A DNA stretch of 64,000 bases, taken from positions 29,686,388 through 29,750,387 of the forward strand of contig NC_092670.1 in the NCBI RefSeq assembly GCF_964355755.1. Direction: 5' to 3'. The DNA comes from Antedon mediterranea (taxonomy: Eukaryota > Animalia > Echinodermata). The notes under the pieces were generated by a model. It had not been told where the DNA came from. It ran no database searches and saw only the letters and a program-made list of their open reading frames with translations. The position numbers and the translations under genes are program-made. This document shows positions 57,101 through 64,000 of this stretch, one piece after another; position 1 is the stretch's first letter, and every line of letters starts with the position of its first letter.

Positions 57101-59457
57101 TTGTCTTTTTCACATGTCGAATGTTTGCATTCATGACCCTCGTCTTCATGGTCATCACAATCAAAGACTCCATCACAGTGCCAATGAGAGGAAATACATT
57201 TACCATTGTTACACTTAAACTCATCTACGTCACACGTGTGTTGATGGCAATTATGTTCATCCTAAAAATATAAGAAATAAAATTAATTCGATGACGTTTG
57301 ATACAGGTGGAATGATGTTCCAATGAATGAATGTTTAGAAAGAGATAAATCTAATCCAGTGAATTATATTTATCTCTCTTTAAACGTAGGCCACTACCTG
57401 GATGAATGACAATATCCATAGGCCTACCCCCGTAATGAATGAATGAATGCATTTTATTTCACGCACTACTATATGGCGGCGATGTCGAAAACGTAAAGCA
57501 TGTAGGCTACTGTCTAAATCAAATACACAATATGTAGCCTACAGGACAGGACAAAAACACAGTACGTAGTCCTTGGCGTCGTATTTAGCAGTGTTGTTAC
57601 CAGAATTGTTCATTCTAAAATATTTACAGGTAAAGAAGATAACTTATTTTTTTAATTCTTTTAAAATAATCTGATTATTTAACTGTGGTATTTAATATTT
57701 AAATAGTAAAATTATGACTATTTAATGAATAAACCAAGAATAATATTCTAATTCACTTTTTGATGTGGCTAAATGTAAACGCTAGTCATTTTGTTACGTA
57801 TTAAGCAACAACCTACTGTTGATATAGGCATACAGCAGTTTTACCAAAAAAAGATGACCTAAACAAACAATCAATGTTGAAAATCTAGAAAACAAAACTT
57901 ACTTCGTTATATAAGCAGTCTCCGGGAATACCATCACAAACAAAATGTTTAAGAATACATGATCCATCATGGCATCGAAAACTGTTAATGCATCCATGGA
58001 ATAAGCGCCCTGAAATCCAATCCAACATAAATAAATGAAATGACGTATATCATAACATTAACCTAAAACTAGATTGAATTTGTCAATATGACGAATTATA
58101 GGCTATATGCATTGATTTTGTCATGATCTTTAATTATAATATATAAAAGATAAAGATAGGATCTTGGTAGCGCAAATACAATATCCGGTATCACATTGAG
58201 TCACTTGTATAAAACAACCCGATCAAAAATCCCTTTCAAGAATCATAAACCACCCTTGTTACATAAAAATAAAGACATAACTTATTTTTTTCTCTAGATT
58301 TCGTTGTAAATCAGGCGTATACTTTATACACTAAGAAATAAAATTGAATTACTTTATGACATTTAAAAAAATTCAGTTCCAATCCAAGAAAATGTCATAG
58401 TTTGTTTGATTGCCGAAATTAAAATGTTTTATTTAATATGCAGTTAATGATGACGTAATCAACCTTTTCTATCTTATTTTTATAATAAATCATAAATATG
58501 ATACATATACTTGAAAGACACACAGCAAAATAAAATGAAAAATAGGGTCTATATTAATTTTTAAAATAAGCTTATTTTCACAATTTTTTAGCCTACACGT
58601 GCGTAGCCGCGCCTGTCATTTTATATGCTCGTATAACGCGATTTAAAGTTGAAAAGTGTATAAAATATGATGAACTTGCTAAAGAAAGGTTATAAAACTG
58701 AAATCGTGTAGACCGCGTAATTTTTTATTGCGCATCGTGAAAAGCTAATCGATTCCTGTAAAAGGAATATACTCGTAGCTAGATGAAATTGATCTCAAGA
58801 TAATTGACGGACACAATAATGATAAGGAAAGAATAAATAAATATAAAGATTCTGACAAAATCAATAAGGTCATATGGATGTTAATACAATATTGTACATT
58901 GGACGTATGGGACGTATAAAAATGAAGACGAAAGGGACAAAAATGAGTGAAAAAGTGCGTTTACTGCACTGAGAAGACAAATTACACGGAGAAGTAAAAT
59001 AATACCAATACCTTCAATATTTTCTTCTGTGTTTAGGTTATCCTTGTGTGGTGTCTTTTCTCTCTCTAATTTAACAAACTGGAATATAACATTTGGATTA
59101 TCAGTAATTATGACTCAAAAGTTAATTTACTATCTGAGGCTTACTAACCGAAGGCGCAAATATCATCTATTCTTCATGCATTATGAACCATATTTGTCCA
59201 GTAAAATCTCGGGTTCCAAATATTATAGATATGCCACTGGGCTTGGTTGGCTTCTCCTATCGGATGTCCTTCCATACAGTGGGCTTGAGCCTAGGACACT
59301 GGTGACGTGTAGCCTCTTAGGCCTAGTTATTTAAGGATTATAATATCTTGTGTCACAAAACCATTAAAACAAAACGAAGATTTCTTACCTCCTGATTTGA
59401 CGGAATAAAAATACTGAAAGTTACAACAAAGTATAACAATACCCATGTTTCAAACAT
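51163..59457 (-). CDS. Secreted LDL-receptor class A repeat protein, 13 exons, 982 aa, 22 LDLa repeats (proteoliaisin/SFE-like architecture)
   Basis: Hand-spliced with GT-AG sites and consistent phases: 59457-59389, 59078-59012, 58009-57903, 57261-57084, 56530-56403, 56212-54763, 54486-54404, 54226-54074, 53892-53560, 53120-53021, 52172-52107, 51818-51735, 51293-51163 (2949 nt, no internal stop). Signal peptide [19 protein letters not shown]. The last three exons are less certain. Confidence 0.85.
53560..53892 (-). CDS. LDLa-repeat exon of the minus-strand gene
   Basis: [20 protein letters not shown]...RCAYNQYQ, 333 nt, phase 0/0. Confidence 0.9.
54763..56212 (-). CDS. Large 1450-nt exon encoding ~13 LDLa repeats
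   Basis: Lies within ORF 54695-56209; ttttaag acceptor and gtaagt donor; repeated C..F.C.DG.CI....CD...DC..G.DE..C. Confidence 0.95.
58069..58880 (-). mobile_element. Diverged Helentron-type copy (same family as 40655-43781) in intron 2
   Basis: Reverse complement of the 3' end (ctagattgaatttgtcaatatgacgaattataggctatatgcattgatt) and of the 5' part (gaataaataaatataaagattctgacaaaatcaa). Confidence 0.75.
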
Positions 59458-59916
59458 CGTTTCTTTCTAACCTAAACAATTGTCTTCATCCGTCGGGCAT
59501 TGCCTTAGTTTTCAGTTTATGCAAATTACTAATTTACATGACGTCCACTCCAATGTGTAGTAAAGACGGATTTGTGACCAAAGCAAGATATTTAATAACA
59601 ATACAGTAGGCCCTAATGACCTCTAGTAACTGTACCGTGAGATTTTAATTTCTTAAAAAACTTGAGAGAGACTTATATTGAAACAGTTATTGAGAATAAT
59701 AAACTAGAAAAAATATGAAAAAATAAGACGTTTTTCTTAAAGCGCTTCAATTCATAATTACGTAATCAATGCAGGTGGAAAAGTTTATGCAAATTAAACT
59801 AGATGTTACTGAATGTATACGTGGCGACTCAGTAAGCCGGGTAACATCAACGATAGAGCGTGCATTTCTTCATTTACTCTACGCTGCTCACACGTCTTAT
59901 AGAACAGTGTGTAGTT
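59458..59916. promoter_or_regulatory. Putative bidirectional promoter with two octamer sites
   Basis: 459 bp between divergent ATGs; identical 15-mer agtttATGCAAATta at 59514-59528 and 59782-59796; also caggtg, tgacgtc and ttacgtaa. Confidence 0.65.
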
Positions 59917-62900
59917 ATGGCTTTAAACATCGGGAGTCATCGGATAGTTATTTTGCTGAGTCTTCTAAGTTTAATATGCATATCTGAGTGTTTTGTACAA
60001 ACAGTTGAGGTAAAGGTATTTTCCCTGCATATTTTATGTACGCTTACAATTTTTTTTAGAAATACAATTCGGCCACCGAGGCTTTAGGCCTAATAGTGGT
60101 AGTTTGAAAACGTGAAGCAGAAATTCAATATATGTGATGAGTTACCAACTTTAGTCTTAATGTACGATGTTTTTGTATTTTAGGTACGCCTACCTATAAA
60201 ATCTGAGAAAAGCCAGTCGAGTGAAGAAGAAGGTATTTAATGTAAAATGATTGTATGTAAATTGAAAATAGAAAGAAATGTACGCTAACGACTCCAAACC
60301 TGTATATTCTAAATTTCCAAATTAGATCCTATCTAGGGCCTAAAATTAATAATATATAAAAAAAGATATTTTTGACAAAGCACGTAATTATAATAGTACG
60401 TAACATTGTGTTTGTATTTCATAAAAAGATCTTCGAGGTTATTGTAACGGATTTACTTGTGGCGACAGCAAGTGCCTGCCAACAGAATATGTGTGTGATG
60501 GAGAACCAGATTGCAGTGAAAGCGAGGTAAACTAAAGTGTTAATTTGAACATGCACTAGAAATTGCAACATTGATTCATTAGTTACTTTAAACATTGGAA
60601 AATAAAATACGGTAATGTATTAATCAACGAGCATCTAAACTAAAGTTTTTATCACGCGCATCATTAATATAAAATAATGAATAAATCGCTCAGAAACCAA
60701 AATACTTGCAGGGCACGCTATTTACTATTTCGGCTCGTACTGAAGATAAGGTAACTCGAGATTTTAATCAGCTTTTGTGACATCATAAACATATACCTAA
60801 ATAGAATCGGGATAACTTGAACATTACGGAAAAACGAACAGAAAATAATTAATGTTTTCAATAACTAAAGTCAAATCAATAACATGTTAGTCCTAAATTT
60901 TTCAACATTTTTTGATTAAAAAGATGTATTGTCTCCTTGAAAAATAATTCTTAAAAAGGTTTTGGTTGAATAGGCCCTATGCCATTTTGATGATGGATAA
61001 GAGTTATTTAAATTGGCTGCTACCTAATTGGTTTTTTAAAATTAAATTTAACCATTATTTTGTAATTTTATAAGTGAAAACATGTTTTTGGGGGACATAT
61101 TTTTTTACTTTTGTTTTTTGTTGGTTTTGTATTTAAGGACGAATCCGCCTGTAATTTGAACGTTTGTAAAGAAGATCAGTTTGCGTGTGATAATGGCGAC
61201 TGTATTGAAAGATCTTGGGCTTGCGATATGGTGAGTGACTGCCCAGCGGGTGATGATGAAGAAGATGGTCTGTGTGACAACAGACAATGCAAAGAAAATG
61301 AGTTTAAGTGCAAGGTAGGGTTTTGATCTGTTGTATTTGTTCTAATATTAATAATCATTTAATTTAACATAATATATAATTGAATTCACATTTTCAATTT
61401 AATTTACATGATTATTGTTTATTCTTCGCTTTCTAAACCAGCCCAGCTTTATCCCTGATGTCTTCGTTATGAGTTTTCTGAAAACATATATAATTCGTTT
61501 TCGTTATTTTAAATTGACAGGACGCTTTAAATAATGTTTTTAGTATCACATATGCCGTGGGTTAAATTTAGAACTGCTTATTTTAAAACACGCATCAATT
61601 TATTCTTTGATAGGTGTATTCCTAAATCTCAAACAATCCCGATTAGGAGCTCGTCACCTGGAATGTTCTATCGATTAGTTTTATGTCGCATACATTTAAT
61701 ATTACTATTACTGATGGATTATGTTATGTCTAATCTATAGAGTGGATCGTGCATTAACATTGAATGGCAGTGCGATGGCCAATATGACTGTTACCACTCG
61801 GATGACGAAGTCAACTGTAAATCCTGTACAGCTCAGCAGTTTAAATGCAACGATGACACGTGCATTCCAGAGAGCTCTGTATGCAATGGTAACCCAGAAT
61901 GCGAGGGTGGTGAGGACGAACACCAATGGTGCGCCTGCACTAGCGGCGAATTTAAATGTGATAGTGGTATATGCATTCCACGTGATAAGGTAAGTAAATA
62001 ACCCTAAAACAGTGGGATGGAATGAATGAGCGGGGAGTGGTTTGGTCGAATATCTTTCAGATGAACTTTTACTTATGTGCCTTTCGAGTTGTTCGTTTCA
62101 ACCAATTCATTCAGCTTCTAGACATACACATCATCTGATCTTATCTAATCTTGCGGAATAGAAACGTAGTCTACTGGTATATTCGGAAACAGAATCAAGA
62201 CTGTCTGCAAGAAACTAAGAACCAACACATTTTATTTTGTGTTTTGTTATGGTGATATTGAAGAATGTTTATATAGACTATTAATTTTGTTTATAGCTAT
62301 GTGATGGGAACAAAGATTGCGGGTACAGTGGTGAAGACGAGCATGACTGCGAATCTTGTGACTCTGACCAGTACCGATGTAAAGGATACTCAAAATGCAT
62401 TCCGAACTCGTTTGTATGCGATGGATTAGTAGAAGATTGTCCTAATGGAGACGACGAGTCTGAATGTGGATGTACACAAGATCAATTTGAATGCAGTGAT
62501 GGCACATGTATAGCACAGTCACTCGTTTGTGACGGAACGGTTCACTGCTCGGATGACGAGACAACACAATGCGAATGCGAGGAATTGGAATTCGATTGCA
62601 ACTCTCCCGTCCGTATTTGCCTTACACCTCTCCAGGTGTGTGATGGTACTCCACAGTGTCCAAATGGAGACGATGAAGAGGGTTGCCCTTTCACATGTGG
62701 TCCTCCGAATAATTTCCTTTGCCCAGACGGAACATGTCTACTCGCTTCTGTCCAGTGTAATGGTCTCTTTGATTGTGGGACTTCTAGGGCTGATGAAGTT
62801 GGATGTAAATGTACTGAAGATCAATTTAAGGTAAAATGGTATTTTTAGAATTAGCTGCTATAAAAACAACCTTAAATGTCAAACCTGGTTACAAGATACT

Positions 62901-63870
62901 GTATTTGTTTTCGTTGAAAAACAAATAAATATCAGTTGTCAGCAAATCCGATTAAAAGATACATTTATATAGGCCTATATACTGATGAAGGGCTAGTGTT
63001 GCCCGAAAGCTCTGCTAACTTTTCTGGCTGTTTACTTTATTGTTTTGATTTAGTTTTTCGCTTTTTTTTTGTATCTCCATTGAGATCCAGCCACTGATAC
63101 CCACAGCATTGTCATTTTTTTCAGTAAATTGCCTTTGGATTTATATATATATAAACACATCGGGCTAACATTAATTCTAAACCGCCCGGTGATATACTGA
63201 AATTTAATTAATTTGAAACGATATATTATTATATATATATATAAACACAACAGGCAAAGAACATTAATTCTAAACCGCCCGGTTTGAAACGATAAAGATG
63301 AGGAAATCTGTGAGAATGCCCCAACCGAGACTCGAACTCGGACCGCCTGCTTGATATGCAGATGTCCTAACCATTAGACCACTGGGGCTTTCATGGTATT
63401 GTTCGAACTCGATTGGATAACGTGGTACGGCGGAACAGCACTAGTCCTCAGTTGTACGCACGCGCAACAGAGATCAAATTGATACGCCCTCATCTTTCAG
63501 TATTTTTATTCACGAGGAGGGATCTCCGAAGAGATACTTTTATATAATTATATAAACACAACAGGGAAAGAACATTAATTCTAAACCGTCCGGTGATATA
63601 CTGAAATTTAATTAATTAATTTGAAACGATAAAGATGAGGAAATCTGTGAGAATGAGAAAAAGGAGACTCGAACTCGGACCGATATATATATATATAAAC
63701 GGACTAAAGGCAACAATATATTAAAACCCACAATGTTAGTTACTTTGCCAACACGTTTCATTATTGTTTTCAGTGCGTCTCTGGAGAATGTCTGTCAAAT
63801 CAGTTTGTGTGCAACAAGCACAAAGATTGTACTGACGGCAGTGATGAGTTTGTAGATGTCTGCACCCCAG
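59917..63870 (+). CDS. Secreted LDL-receptor class A repeat protein, paralog (3'-partial, 10 LDLa repeats visible)
   Basis: Exons 59917-60009 (MALNIGSHRIVILLSLLSLICISEC.. signal), 60184-60232, 60429-60526, 61138-61314, 61741-61989, 62297-62830, 63774-63870; all GT-AG and in phase; continues past the window. Confidence 0.88.
62297..62830 (+). CDS. LDLa-repeat exon of the plus-strand gene
   Basis: LCDGNKDCGYSGEDEHDC...KCTEDQFK, 534 nt, phase 0/0. Confidence 0.9.
62981..63015 (+). ncRNA. Second minimal hammerhead ribozyme motif (stem I damaged), intronic
   Basis: a-CTGATGA-a-gggc-tagtgtt-gccc-GAAA-gc-TC-tgc, with ~45 nt of 3' flank shared with the 49.4-kb copy. Confidence 0.6.
63318..63388 (-). 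mobile_element. tRNA-derived module, second copy (anticodon ATC)
   Basis: Near-identical to 49222-49292 with a perfect A box tggtctaatgg; partial duplicates of its flank lie between 63167 and 63682. Confidence 0.75.
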
Positions 63871-64000
63871 GTAATTTTTAATAGTTTACATTCAGATTTG
63901 AGTTATTAAGTTAATAATAATGGGTTTCTTGGCAGATATACACAAAAAACATTAAATCTATTTTAAAAAAAACAACATACAAGAAAAATGTCGATTCTAT

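Noticed and set aside
59389-59446. Alternative start MGIVILCC.. for the minus-strand gene
   Set aside because: Weaker signal peptide; the upstream ATG with the ttccag acceptor before 59078 gives phases matching the paralog
51163-63870. Assigning LRP1/LRP2/VLDLR gene symbols
   Set aside because: No EGF, YWTD propeller, TM or NPxY segments seen; orthology cannot be established without a search

Overview
AT-rich eukaryotic (animal, probably marine invertebrate, echinoderm-like; inferred) genomic DNA with spliceosomal introns. The first ~50 kb holds no intact host gene that I can see. It is a dense graveyard of nested transposons: degenerate Sola-like, Zator-like, Kolobok-like, Academ and Transib transposases, BEL/Pao, Gypsy and LINE fragments, MITEs with 3-, 4-, 5-, 6- and 7-bp target duplications, Helentron-type non-autonomous elements (one with a ~1.8-kb pure (ATTT)n), and two repeat loci pairing a tRNA-like module with a minimal hammerhead ribozyme. 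The last ~13 kb holds two paralogous head-to-head genes only ~460 bp apart that encode secreted proteins made almost entirely of LDL-receptor class A repeats. The minus-strand gene is reconstructed by hand as 13 exons and 982 aa with 22 repeats, no TM/EGF/propeller domain and a helical tail. The plus-strand gene shows 10 repeats and runs off the window. TE superfamily names come from recalled motifs, not from database searches.
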